DNA of 60,643 bases, taken from a virus. Its lineage: Duplodnaviria > Caudoviricetes. The stretch lies in IMG/VR virus record IMGVR_UViG_3300042261_000916, positions 1 through 60,643 of that record; one strand, written 5' to 3'. The notes beneath the pieces are model-generated. The model searched no databases, was not told the DNA's origin, and worked only from the letters and a program-made list of their open reading frames with translations. The stretch's first letter is position 1; each line of letters starts with the position of its first letter. Position numbers and translations under genes: made by a program. This document shows, piece after piece, positions 26,569 through 35,617 of the stretch.

Positions 26569-29265
26569 ATGGCAAGTTGTCCTCTTTACAAAAGACTAAA
26601 AACTCGTGGCACTACGTTTTTAGCCTTTCCATCAGCCGCAAACGATATGAATGTTTATCCATTTCAGGAAGCATTCGATGTTCAGGTAACAAAATTCGTT
26701 TTATTAAATATTCCTAAAAGCACAGGAAAAGTATTAAATTTTACAAAAACAGATGTACTAGATACAACTAATGGTATAAATACATACAATTTCGATCCAA
26801 ATAGTTCATACCCTGTACTTTATTCGGATCAATTGGTAGAATCGATTAGAAATTACATAGCAAATCAGGACGCTTGTTTTAGAAATACAAGAATAACAGC
26901 TAATAAAGATTTTTATAATCCAATAGAAAGAAAAACACCAACTGAAGAAATATTCTGGAAATGGTGTAGATTACACAATATTATTGATTTTGAACCAGCT
27001 GAACATAAAATAGATTGGGATAAGAATTTGTCAGATTTTGACAATCAGAATGCATCTACGGTTACAAACCAAGATTATTTTAGAAAATATTTATGGAAAG
27101 AAAGAGAAGTTAGAGATTATTCTTGTGTAGTCAATGGAACATTAAATTATCCTGTTGTTACCATAAGTGAGTATGCCAAATTTAAAATTGGAGATTTTAT
27201 TACTTTCACTGGATCAACAGTGCCAGTAGAACTTACTGGAATTACTTGTGAGATCACAGATATAACTTTTCCAACTAATCAAACTATAATAACACTTCAA
27301 AATACACCGACTCCTTCTGCATTTGGAGATACAACTACAACATGTTTATTGAATTATCATCAATTAGTTCAATATATTGGCGAAATTCAGGCAACTAGTA
27401 AAGTACAATCTTCACAAAAAACATTTACTGAATTTACAGCAATGATTCCGGCTCACGCTGGAATGTCTCCTACAATATTATTTGAGACTCAAACTAATAC
27501 TAATTATTATCCAGGTCTTACTATTCCTATATTGGACGATCAAATTCAGGATGAAATTATAGGGGCAGAAAATTTAAGTTCTCCAATAAGATCTAATCCT
27601 AATGATTATCCAGGATCTTATTTTGGATATTTTGATACATATGATAAAACGTATAAAATGAGTAGCGGGGATCAACTTCGTTACTCCGGAGATTATTTTG
27701 GAGTACTTAGAGTTAATAATGTTGGATTGGCAGCTGATGATGCTTTTGAATTTTTAACAGATTTTAATTCTAATGATATTGATGGTGTAGCTTTAGATTT
27801 CAACCTTAAACATTATTATAAAGCACAAACCGCTCCTTCTAATATTACAAATTTTGATGATTTTGATTCACTATCTATTGATGGAAATCCGCCTGAAGAT
27901 TTTGATTTTAATGCTATTCTTTGGTACTACACAGTCAGAGATAATAACACCAATAAGACATACACAGATCTTTATGGAATAGAAATACTTGATAATCCAG
28001 ACAACGACTTTGGAACATCAAACGATAGAACCATTACATTAACAAAGAAATTAGTTACCAATAATTCACAAGATGGATATTCTTATATTTATAATTTGAA
28101 TCTCAATTTTGCTGTTGATAATGATATGGTTGCTTTGAAATATGATCCAACTTCTATTTATGATATTTTTGGATTTGATCTTTACAATAAAGTTATGAGT
28201 AATTATGTTTTATTGACAGATCAATTTCAAACTATAATAGGACAATTCTTATCTATAAATGAAGACATATTAAAATTAAAAAGTCTCCTATATTCACAAA
28301 CAGATATTAGTGATATTAAGAATAGATTGGCTAATATGGAGGATTTATTAAAATTATATCAAACCAATCAATTTGTGAATTCTGATACAGTGAAAATAAG
28401 TGTGGATTATACTAAAAATTATCCGGCTTTGAGTATGAATGCGGTAGCCGTTGATTATAGTGAAATATATACATTATACACAACAGATATAGCGAATTAT
28501 AATATAGCACATTCTGGAACAACAGGTTCTACAACATCAGCATCACAGCTAATTACAGTCCCGAACACTGGAAAGTTCTTGGTAAATATTTACAATAATC
28601 TTGTTGTAGAAAATAAAAATTTAACATTACAATTAGCGTTGAGTAGTGATCTTGCATTTAAGCAATCTGTTGATTTTATGATAAGACCTGATATAGGACA
28701 ATATTCTAACGAATTGAATATAAACGTAGAATTCAACGATGGTACATCAAATCCAAAAACAGAAAAATTATTAGTTGGCCCTGTTGATTTACCAGTTGAT
28801 GTTTCTATTTATAACGCCAATAATCCTACAGGATCTACATTTAATAACGCTTATTATATGAAATTAAGCACATTTATAGATAGATTAACAACAGGTTCAA
28901 CATGGGGAACTGGAACAACCATAGACTTCAAAGACGATTTATTCTATGTTGGTGACTGGATTTATATAGAAGATATGTATTTATTAAGTGGTAATACTTA
29001 TACAGATTGGTCTGGATTATATAAAATAGTAGGACTTGTTGGTATTCAAGCAATATTAGATTGGGATACTTCTAATTGGCAAATAAAATTAAGAGGCACT
29101 CCAAAAGCACATTACTATAAAGGAATGAAAATAAATATTCTTAGAGTCGAAGAATCTGATAATTCTGATATAAGTCATAGATATTTAATAACAAAAGACT
29201 TTATCCAGGAAGAAGAAGTTCAAGGAGTACAATATTCTCCTAATACATATGTAGGACCAGCTTAA
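26569..29265 (+). CDS. Large putative virion structural protein
   Basis: 898 aa, T/N/D/Y-rich, follows a late-type promoter; no specific family recognised. Confidence 0.6.
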   Translation: MASCPLYKRLKTRGTTFLAFPSAANDMNVYPFQEAFDVQVTKFVLLNIPKSTGKVLNFTKTDVLDTTNGINTYNFDPNSSYPVLYSDQLVESIRNYIANQDACFRNTRITANKDFYNPIERKTPTEEIFWKWCRLHNIIDFEPAEHKIDWDKNLSDFDNQNASTVTNQDYFRKYLWKEREVRDYSCVVNGTLNYPVVTISEYAKFKIGDFITFTGSTVPVELTGITCEITDITFPTNQTIITLQNTPTPSAFGDTTTTCLLNYHQLVQYIGEIQATSKVQSSQKTFTEFTAMIPAHAGMSPTILFETQTNTNYYPGLTIPILDDQIQDEIIGAENLSSPIRSNPNDYPGSYFGYFDTYDKTYKMSSGDQLRYSGDYFGVLRVNNVGLAADDAFEFLTDFNSNDIDGVALDFNLKHYYKAQTAPSNITNFDDFDSLSIDGNPPEDFDFNAILWYYTVRDNNTNKTYTDLYGIEILDNPDNDFGTSNDRTITLTKKLVTNNSQDGYSYIYNLNLNFAVDNDMVALKYDPTSIYDIFGFDLYNKVMSNYVLLTDQFQTIIGQFLSINEDILKLKSLLYSQTDISDIKNRLANMEDLLKLYQTNQFVNSDTVKISVDYTKNYPALSMNAVAVDYSEIYTLYTTDIANYNIAHSGTTGSTTSASQLITVPNTGKFLVNIYNNLVVENKNLTLQLALSSDLAFKQSVDFMIRPDIGQYSNELNINVEFNDGTSNPKTEKLLVGPVDLPVDVSIYNANNPTGSTFNNAYYMKLSTFIDRLTTGSTWGTGTTIDFKDDLFYVGDWIYIEDMYLLSGNTYTDWSGLYKIVGLVGIQAILDWDTSNWQIKLRGTPKAHYYKGMKINILRVEESDNSDISHRYLITKDFIQEEEVQGVQYSPNTYVGPA

Positions 29266-29365
29266 AATTTGGTGGATAAATCCAAAAATTTGTGCCAGGA
29301 TATAATAAATCACTTCCTTTCCTGAAATATTTAAGTTTTTTTAACTTTTTGGTTCCGCCTTTCTT

Positions 29366-29394
29366 AGATCCCCTTTTTGGGGATCTTTTTTTTT
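29366..29394 (+). terminator. Rho-independent terminator
   Basis: AGATCCCC-ttttt-GGGGATCT followed by a T run. Confidence 0.85.
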
Positions 29395-29658
29395 AAAGTG
29401 TCAAAACTTCAACAAATTATATTGATATATAGAAGTGTAAAATTTTACATTTTTAAAATAATTTTACCTTGCGTACACACCTAACTCGTCCTGGGAACTT
29501 ATTAGTACAATGCATTCTGCGTAACCCTGAAACAGTGGGATAATTTAAACAAATAATGTTGATGTCATATAGAAAATTATGTATTTTACACCCCGTTGAG
29601 ATGCATAAAATGTTTACGGGGAATTTCAATCCTGAAATAAAAATTAATTTAAAAAATT

Positions 29659-30354
29659 ATGGAAACAAACCCTAATGTTAGTCCACTTTTTGTTGGATAT
29701 GTAACTAAAGCTACATTTGGAAATGCAGATGGCGTAATGTATCTTCATATAGCTGGGCACGATGAAACAATTCAAGAGCTGACTGTTGTTGCTGGCAATG
29801 CTCCATTTTCTGTACAATTAAAAATTGATGGTAATATAGTTAGAACAGTTAGTGATATACCAGCTTGTCAAAATCCAGCTTATATGAATATTGACCCAGC
29901 CGCCGGTCCTCTTTGTGAATTTAATTGTGTAATTGAGAATTTACCACCATCAGCTTATACAATCGTAATTACTGATGTTATAGGTAATGATTGTAGAGGG
30001 ATACAAAATGTGTTTGAAGTTCAACCACCTTACGCAACTCTTAATGGTACTGTTGATCCTAATGGTGTAAATACAACTGTTTGGTTCGATTTCGGAACAA
30101 CAACGACCTATGATAGAACAGCTCAATTTGGCATAGTTAACGGACATGATGTTGTTAATTGTTCCTTGAGATTGAGTTCTAAATCTAATTCCGGAGATCC
30201 AACAGAATATTTGGAACCTGGAACAACATATCATTATAGGATTAGAGCATCTAATCAATTTGGAGATTCTGCCGGCGAAGATATGACGTTTGTAACGCCA
30301 GTTTACGGTGGTCCTCCTACAGCAGTAACTTTACCAGCCACTAATATATCATAA
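29659..30354 (+). CDS. Ig/FN3-like virion surface protein
   Basis: ATLNGTVDPNG..T.VWF.FGTTT.Y, LEPGTTYHYRIRASN.FG...GED.TF.T. Confidence 0.8.
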   Translation: METNPNVSPLFVGYVTKATFGNADGVMYLHIAGHDETIQELTVVAGNAPFSVQLKIDGNIVRTVSDIPACQNPAYMNIDPAAGPLCEFNCVIENLPPSAYTIVITDVIGNDCRGIQNVFEVQPPYATLNGTVDPNGVNTTVWFDFGTTTTYDRTAQFGIVNGHDVVNCSLRLSSKSNSGDPTEYLEPGTTYHYRIRASNQFGDSAGEDMTFVTPVYGGPPTAVTLPATNIS

Positions 30355-30464
30355 TGAAAAAAATATTTTCATTCATATTATTAATTTTTAAGGCTATAAA
30401 AAAGTTATTATGTAGAAGAAAAAAACCGATTGTAAAGACACTACCGGCAACTAACATCTCTTAA
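30354..30464 (+). CDS. 36-aa peptide ending in the same TLPATNIS strand as the upstream gene
   Basis: Hand-translated MKKIFSFILLIFKAIKKLLCRRKKPIVKTLPATNIS; TAATG overlap with the upstream stop. Confidence 0.75.
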   Translation: MKKIFSFILLIFKAIKKLLCRRKKPIVKTLPATNIS

Positions 30465-30497
30465 AAAAAGACTCTCGTAAAAGAGAGTCTTTTTTTT
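30464..30497 (+). terminator. Rho-independent terminator
   Basis: AAAGACTCTC-gtaaaa-GAGAGTCTTT followed by a T run. Confidence 0.85.
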
Positions 30498-30523
30498 CTA
30501 TATATAAGTTAAAAAGAAAGATT

Positions 30524-31036
30524 ATGATTCTAGAGTTCAATAAATTCGTATCTAAACAGAAGATATACCTTGATATGGATGGTGTTTTGTGTAATTTTTT
30601 AAAAAAATTCGAAGATCTAACTGGTGAAGATTTTGAAGAATATGCTGATGAAAACGGGTGGAGTAAAACATGGAAATTAGTAGAAACTTTTGGTGTTGAA
30701 TTCTGGAGTGAACTAGAATGGATGAATGGTGGTAAAAAATTATGGAATTACTTAAAAAATTTAGATAATGTAGAAATTCTAACTGGATCACCAAGAGATA
30801 AAGTTGGTGAATATGCACAATTAGGTAAAGAAATATGGATAAAGAAAAACATTGGAAATATAAAAGTTAATCATATAGAAGGAAAATTAAAATACACCTA
30901 TGTCAAAAATAATGATATTCTAATAGACGATAGTAAAAGAAATTGTGCTTTATGGGACGCCGCTGGAGGAATATATATTCTACATAAAAATACAGATCTC
31001 ACAATAAAACAATTAAAAGAATTATTAGAAAACTAA
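30524..31036 (+). CDS. HAD-family 5'(3')-deoxyribonucleotidase
   Basis: YLDMDGVL, ILTGS, K..W, ILIDD...N...W..AGG. Confidence 0.9.
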   Translation: MILEFNKFVSKQKIYLDMDGVLCNFLKKFEDLTGEDFEEYADENGWSKTWKLVETFGVEFWSELEWMNGGKKLWNYLKNLDNVEILTGSPRDKVGEYAQLGKEIWIKKNIGNIKVNHIEGKLKYTYVKNNDILIDDSKRNCALWDAAGGIYILHKNTDLTIKQLKELLEN

Positions 31037-31063
31037 AAAGATCCAATATGGATCTTTTTTTTT
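31036..31063 (+). terminator. Rho-independent terminator
   Basis: AAAAGATCCA-ata-TGGATCTTTT followed by a T run. Confidence 0.75.
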
Positions 31064-31109
31064 GTTTTTAGTTTTTTATATATAGGTTCATAAAAAACAT
31101 TGGATAACT

Positions 31110-32267
31110 ATGAACAATATACAAACATACGAAGATTTTTTAAATGAAGGAATAATATCTGATAAATTCAAAGAGAAATTTAGCAAATTGTGGAATAATT
31201 TTCAATATAAAGAAGAAGTAACAAGAAAATTATATAATTTTCTTAGAGTTGGAAATATTCCTTTCACGCTCTTATATCTGGCTTTGTTATGTAATCATTA
31301 CTGGCCTAAATTTTTAGGAGCAGATATAAAACATTTTTTTGATCCAGCTTTTAACGGTATGATAATGGTAACATTGTATTTAATTTTTCAAAGTAATTAT
31401 GTTTTTAATATTTTAAGAGATAAAGTTATTAAAAAAGAATTGAATAGATTAAGAGAAAAATTCCACGATGGAAATATATTCTTAGTATTAGGAGATAAAT
31501 CCAATATAGATAAAGCTATAGCCAAACTTAAAGAAGATGGAATTATAAGTGATGAACACATTATTAATGAATTTGGTAGATGCATAATTGATTTTTCTGG
31601 TAGAGCCAATATAGATAAAGAGGAACATTATAATGTAGATCCTTATGGTGAAGAAGATTGGAATGATAATGGGGCTGAAGATGAAATGACCTTAACTGGA
31701 AGAAGAAATTTAGCACATATATTAGAACCTATATACGGAGTAAGATTCAGAAAAATAACAGACGAATTCGATTTATTTTCTAGAACATTATTAAGTTCTA
31801 GTGGAAGAGATAAAGAACAAGATCTCAGATATTATAATCAAGGAGTAGATGAATTTAGAAGAAGAAATGATCCAGCTCCAGCCCCAGATCCAAATTTAAA
31901 TTTAAATCATAATATTATTCCAGCTGGAGAACATTTTGAGGGCGAGGTAGTAAACATGAATGGAGCTAATTGGGAAGTCATGGGTGTTGATGAATTAAAT
32001 GGTGAAATGGTAGCTTTGATTAGAAGAATGCAACCGGGTGAAGAAATACCAGAGCAAGATCAGGGTATAGAAATACCAGAACCAGAAATTGATCAAAATG
32101 CACAACCGCCAGCACGTAATGCTGAATACTGGAAAAATATGGGATTTGACGACGTGGAAGATTTAGAAGATGGGAGAGTTGCTGTTAAAGTTAAAAAGCC
32201 AAAAAGAAAGATATTAAATTATAATAATTTTGTAGTGCCTGGATTTGATAAAAACTACCTGAAGTAA
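31110..32267 (+). CDS. CTS-leader protein with two hydrophobic helices and internal DPYGEEDW
   Basis: MNNIQTYEDFLNEG; IPFTLLYLALLC and GMIMVTLYLIF; tag at 31638. Confidence 0.75.
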   Translation: MNNIQTYEDFLNEGIISDKFKEKFSKLWNNFQYKEEVTRKLYNFLRVGNIPFTLLYLALLCNHYWPKFLGADIKHFFDPAFNGMIMVTLYLIFQSNYVFNILRDKVIKKELNRLREKFHDGNIFLVLGDKSNIDKAIAKLKEDGIISDEHIINEFGRCIIDFSGRANIDKEEHYNVDPYGEEDWNDNGAEDEMTLTGRRNLAHILEPIYGVRFRKITDEFDLFSRTLLSSSGRDKEQDLRYYNQGVDEFRRRNDPAPAPDPNLNLNHNIIPAGEHFEGEVVNMNGANWEVMGVDELNGEMVALIRRMQPGEEIPEQDQGIEIPEPEIDQNAQPPARNAEYWKNMGFDDVEDLEDGRVAVKVKKPKRKILNYNNFVVPGFDKNYLK

Positions 32268-32274
32268 AAGAAAG

Positions 32275-32856
32275 ATGATAGTAACATATAACGAATCTTT
32301 ATTTTTTAAATCTTTTGAAGAAAAACTTAAAAAGATAGATGATCTTCTAGTTAAATTAGAAATGGTTAGACAGATGGTTGGTGGTTATTATAAAACATGG
32401 GCTGAAGATAAAAATAGAAAAAATTTAAGAAAATTAAATAATAATTATGAAGGATATTTTGCTATAAGACAAACAATTATAAAAAAATTTATTAAAATAA
32501 TAAAAAATGATGATTTGAATCAAAATGATATTGATGAAGTTATTTTTAGATGGAAAGAATTTGAGAAAAATTTATCATATGGGTCTTATAATATTCAAAT
32601 GTTAGCAGGTTATCATTATGCTGAAATGATTATAGGATCTTTGAACAATTTTCTTAAAAGTTTATCAGATTTAAAAAAAGAATTTAATGTGGATTGTGAT
32701 ACAGAAGATAAATTTGTTTTATCTCCAATTGTGGATGATAAATATGTTCCATTAAGAAGATTAGTTCATAAAGTAAGAATGGAAAAAATGAAAAATTCAC
32801 ATATAAATGAAGATCCTTATGGAGAAGAAATTTGGGAAGATGAAGAGAATAAATAA
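32275..32856 (+). CDS. Helical protein with C-terminal DPYGEEIW; paralogue of the N-domain of 32840..33772
   Basis: KSFE..L..IDDL, VHK...H..(E/V)DPYGEE shared. Confidence 0.75.
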   Translation: MIVTYNESLFFKSFEEKLKKIDDLLVKLEMVRQMVGGYYKTWAEDKNRKNLRKLNNNYEGYFAIRQTIIKKFIKIIKNDDLNQNDIDEVIFRWKEFEKNLSYGSYNIQMLAGYHYAEMIIGSLNNFLKSLSDLKKEFNVDCDTEDKFVLSPIVDDKYVPLRRLVHKVRMEKMKNSHINEDPYGEEIWEDEENK

Positions 32857-33772
32857 ATATGATAAATTCAACGAGGGTTTGTTTACAAAAAATCCTAAAA
32901 AATCATTTGAGAGATATCTAGATGATATAGATGATTTATTTCTTTTATATGAAGAATCTAGTGGAAAATCCATTCGTAATAAATACGCCAATAAAGTTTA
33001 CGATAGTTCGGAAAGAGGCGACTATTTGGCAAAATCTGTAAATTATATGGCAAGAATAACCGACAAATTGGACGCTATCTTAATGGAACACGGTAGAAGA
33101 ATGGATCAAGAAATGATGGATAGGTTTGTTAAGAGATTCAATGCAGTTGGTCAGGCAATAGTTGGCACTGGATATATTCTAAAAAATTATAATGATTTAA
33201 ATAAAGTCAGAGATAATATGAACGCCATATTAAATTTACTTGATCATATTAGAAAATTTTATGACTTAAAAGTTGATGTTGACGAGAAAAAATATAACAA
33301 TCCTCTTGTATTCTGGAAACACGAAGGATTCTTTTATACTGTGCATAAATCATTCGCTGATAAAAAAGATAAAGAAGCAAAAGAGTTACACGCTAATGTA
33401 GATCCTTATGGTGAAGAAGATTGGGGGGATGAAGAACCAGCGAAAAACGAAGGAGTTAAATGGTATAGAGGAGGAGATTTAGGTGATGAGGAAAATATAG
33501 AAGTAGAAGAGCCTGATTTTATTACTAATTATTATTTCAGACAATTTTTAATAGAAAATGGGATATATGAAATTTATATAAAGTATTGTAGTCGTAAAGA
33601 TGATTTCAAATCGTATTTTACAAATGAAGCTGGAGATATAATAAATACAACTCTTTCGTGGGGGTCAACTCCTGTACCTGGTGGAGGAAGAGACATTGAG
33701 TTCTGGGAAAGAATGAGAAATAAATGGAGAGCTTTTTATAAAAAAAATAAAGATATAGTAGATGGCAAATAA
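32840..33772 (+). CDS. Two-module CTS-leader protein with internal DPYGEEDW
   Basis: MKRINKYDKFNEG; tag at 33401; C-module paralogous to 5571..6176. Confidence 0.75.
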   Translation: MKRINKYDKFNEGLFTKNPKKSFERYLDDIDDLFLLYEESSGKSIRNKYANKVYDSSERGDYLAKSVNYMARITDKLDAILMEHGRRMDQEMMDRFVKRFNAVGQAIVGTGYILKNYNDLNKVRDNMNAILNLLDHIRKFYDLKVDVDEKKYNNPLVFWKHEGFFYTVHKSFADKKDKEAKELHANVDPYGEEDWGDEEPAKNEGVKWYRGGDLGDEENIEVEEPDFITNYYFRQFLIENGIYEIYIKYCSRKDDFKSYFTNEAGDIINTTLSWGSTPVPGGGRDIEFWERMRNKWRAFYKKNKDIVDGK

Positions 33773-34433
33773 AATATCAATTAGAGATATAGAAAATGCC
33801 ATTAAACAATCAATGGCTGGAAGTGAAATTCAATTCTCTGACTCAGTTTATGAAGAGAAAGATGGGAAATTACGTCTTATAATATTCTTTAATAAACTTT
33901 TTACAAAGACCAATGTTATTCTTTACACAAAACTTTTATTTGAGGTTGATCAAAATAAAGAATATCTTGTTGAAAATAGTAGTAATCAAAACTTTTTTAA
34001 ATATCTTTATGATATTAATTGTCAGTATAATATGAAAATTATTGATGATATTAATGATTTTAAGACTCAGTGGACTAAAATTATTAATGAGAATAATTTT
34101 GGACCTAACATAAAGATATTATCTGAATTTATGAAAAAACCTTCTTTTATGATAAATGAATGGTTTAGTCAAAACGGAATCAAGGATATATCTTTAACTG
34201 GGTTTAAGTATGAACCTAAAATGAAAGTAATGCCTTGTAAATTATTATCATTTCATTTCGTATTAAATGTTAATAATTCTGAAGAAATTGAATTGTTCAT
34301 AAAGAAAGAAGGAAAAAATGATTTCATTTATACATTTACTATTGATGGGGAAAATATAGATATAGAGAAAAATGATTTAAGTACTTTAGTACAAACTGTT
34401 GGAGAAACACTAAAAGATAACATTGGAAGATGA
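33762..34433 (+). CDS. Hypothetical protein
   Basis: ORF track. Confidence 0.7.
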   Translation: MANKISIRDIENAIKQSMAGSEIQFSDSVYEEKDGKLRLIIFFNKLFTKTNVILYTKLLFEVDQNKEYLVENSSNQNFFKYLYDINCQYNMKIIDDINDFKTQWTKIINENNFGPNIKILSEFMKKPSFMINEWFSQNGIKDISLTGFKYEPKMKVMPCKLLSFHFVLNVNNSEEIELFIKKEGKNDFIYTFTIDGENIDIEKNDLSTLVQTVGETLKDNIGR

Positions 34434-34714
34434 TAAAGAATTTTCATAAATATAACGAAGAATTTAATCTTTTTGGGAAAAAGAAGCCAGAAGAGAAGAA
34501 AGATGAGAAACCAGATTGGAGAGATATGACAAAGGGCACTTGTCATGTTAAAAGTGTTAGTGATTTTTTCAATAATAATTGTGGCGGAAATGAAAACACT
34601 TTTCTACGTTATTTTAATGAAATAGTTGCAGATAAAGATATTACCATAGCAGAAACAAGAGAAAGATTTAGAGGTAGACCCCTATGGAGAAGAGAATTGG
34701 GACGATGCAGATAG
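34430..34714 (+). CDS. CTS-leader protein, probably frameshifted before a DPYGEENW tag
   Basis: MIKNFHKYNEE; the +1 frame at 34677 encodes DPYGEENWDD. Confidence 0.6.
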   Translation: MIKNFHKYNEEFNLFGKKKPEEKKDEKPDWRDMTKGTCHVKSVSDFFNNNCGGNENTFLRYFNEIVADKDITIAETRERFRGRPLWRRELGRCR

Positions 34715-35574
34715 GATATAAACATAACGAACTTTGGAATGGCGGTCGTCTATCTGATGCTCTGATGAAGGATCTTAAAAGATTAACATACGGAGAAAAA
34801 GATTCTTTTTTTATAGATGAATTAAAAGGTCTAAGAAAAAAAAAGATAGCATTTCTAAAAGAAAAATTAGTTGGAAGAAGAGTAAAATTTCATACCAATA
34901 ATTTTCAATTCATAAAAGATGTTTTAAATGTTTATGGTTTTCAAGATAAATTTCCGCCTTTCAAATTTGATTATGTTTTTACGTGCAAAAGAGATTGGGT
35001 AGAAGACGATGAAATAGGTACAGATTATAAAGTTAATAAAGATTTTCCAATAACTGTCATGCCACTTATCAAAAGAGTCTTCTCTGAAGATGATCCTTAC
35101 GGCGAAGAAGAATGGGAAGATACTAGCGAGGGAATTGACTTGAAGAAATTAAATCCTTTGAGGAAATTAAAAGACATGAGAAATATCAAAATGTTTGAAC
35201 CTTTCAAGAAAGTGATAAACTCAAATGATCCTTATGGCGAAGAAATAGATGAAGAAAAATTTAAAAAAATATTTCCTATTGAAAAAATCTATATTAAAAT
35301 AGATGATATTAACAAAGTGGTTTATCTATATCTTAAATTAGAAAAAAACGATTATGTTCTTTTTGGAGAAATGAGAGAAGGGGAATTTCAATTACCTAGA
35401 AAAGATAAAGTACACAGTGATGGTAGTGATTTATTAGGACAACTTTATTCTGAAGAAAAAAAGGAAGATTGTGAGGATTGGTACAATTATTTTATAGCTG
35501 CCTTGGTAAGAAAAGATAGTACTTTTGGATTAACTTTAGATTATTTCAAATGGGTTCTTAAAATAAAATGTTAA
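34684..35574 (+). CDS. Protein with DPYGEEEW and DPYGEEID tags (start may be 34705)
   Basis: Tags at 35092 and 35227. Confidence 0.7.
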   Translation: MEKRIGTMQIGYKHNELWNGGRLSDALMKDLKRLTYGEKDSFFIDELKGLRKKKIAFLKEKLVGRRVKFHTNNFQFIKDVLNVYGFQDKFPPFKFDYVFTCKRDWVEDDEIGTDYKVNKDFPITVMPLIKRVFSEDDPYGEEEWEDTSEGIDLKKLNPLRKLKDMRNIKMFEPFKKVINSNDPYGEEIDEEKFKKIFPIEKIYIKIDDINKVVYLYLKLEKNDYVLFGEMREGEFQLPRKDKVHSDGSDLLGQLYSEEKKEDCEDWYNYFIAALVRKDSTFGLTLDYFKWVLKIKC

Positions 35575-35617
35575 GCAATCATAAATTTAATATATAAAAG
35601 AAAAACAAATATCGAAA

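Noticed and set aside
29266-29658. tRNA or known riboswitch in the longest intergenic region
   Set aside because: No cloverleaf, T-loop GTTCRA or recognisable aptamer consensus by eye; kept only as a low-confidence structured-leader candidate.
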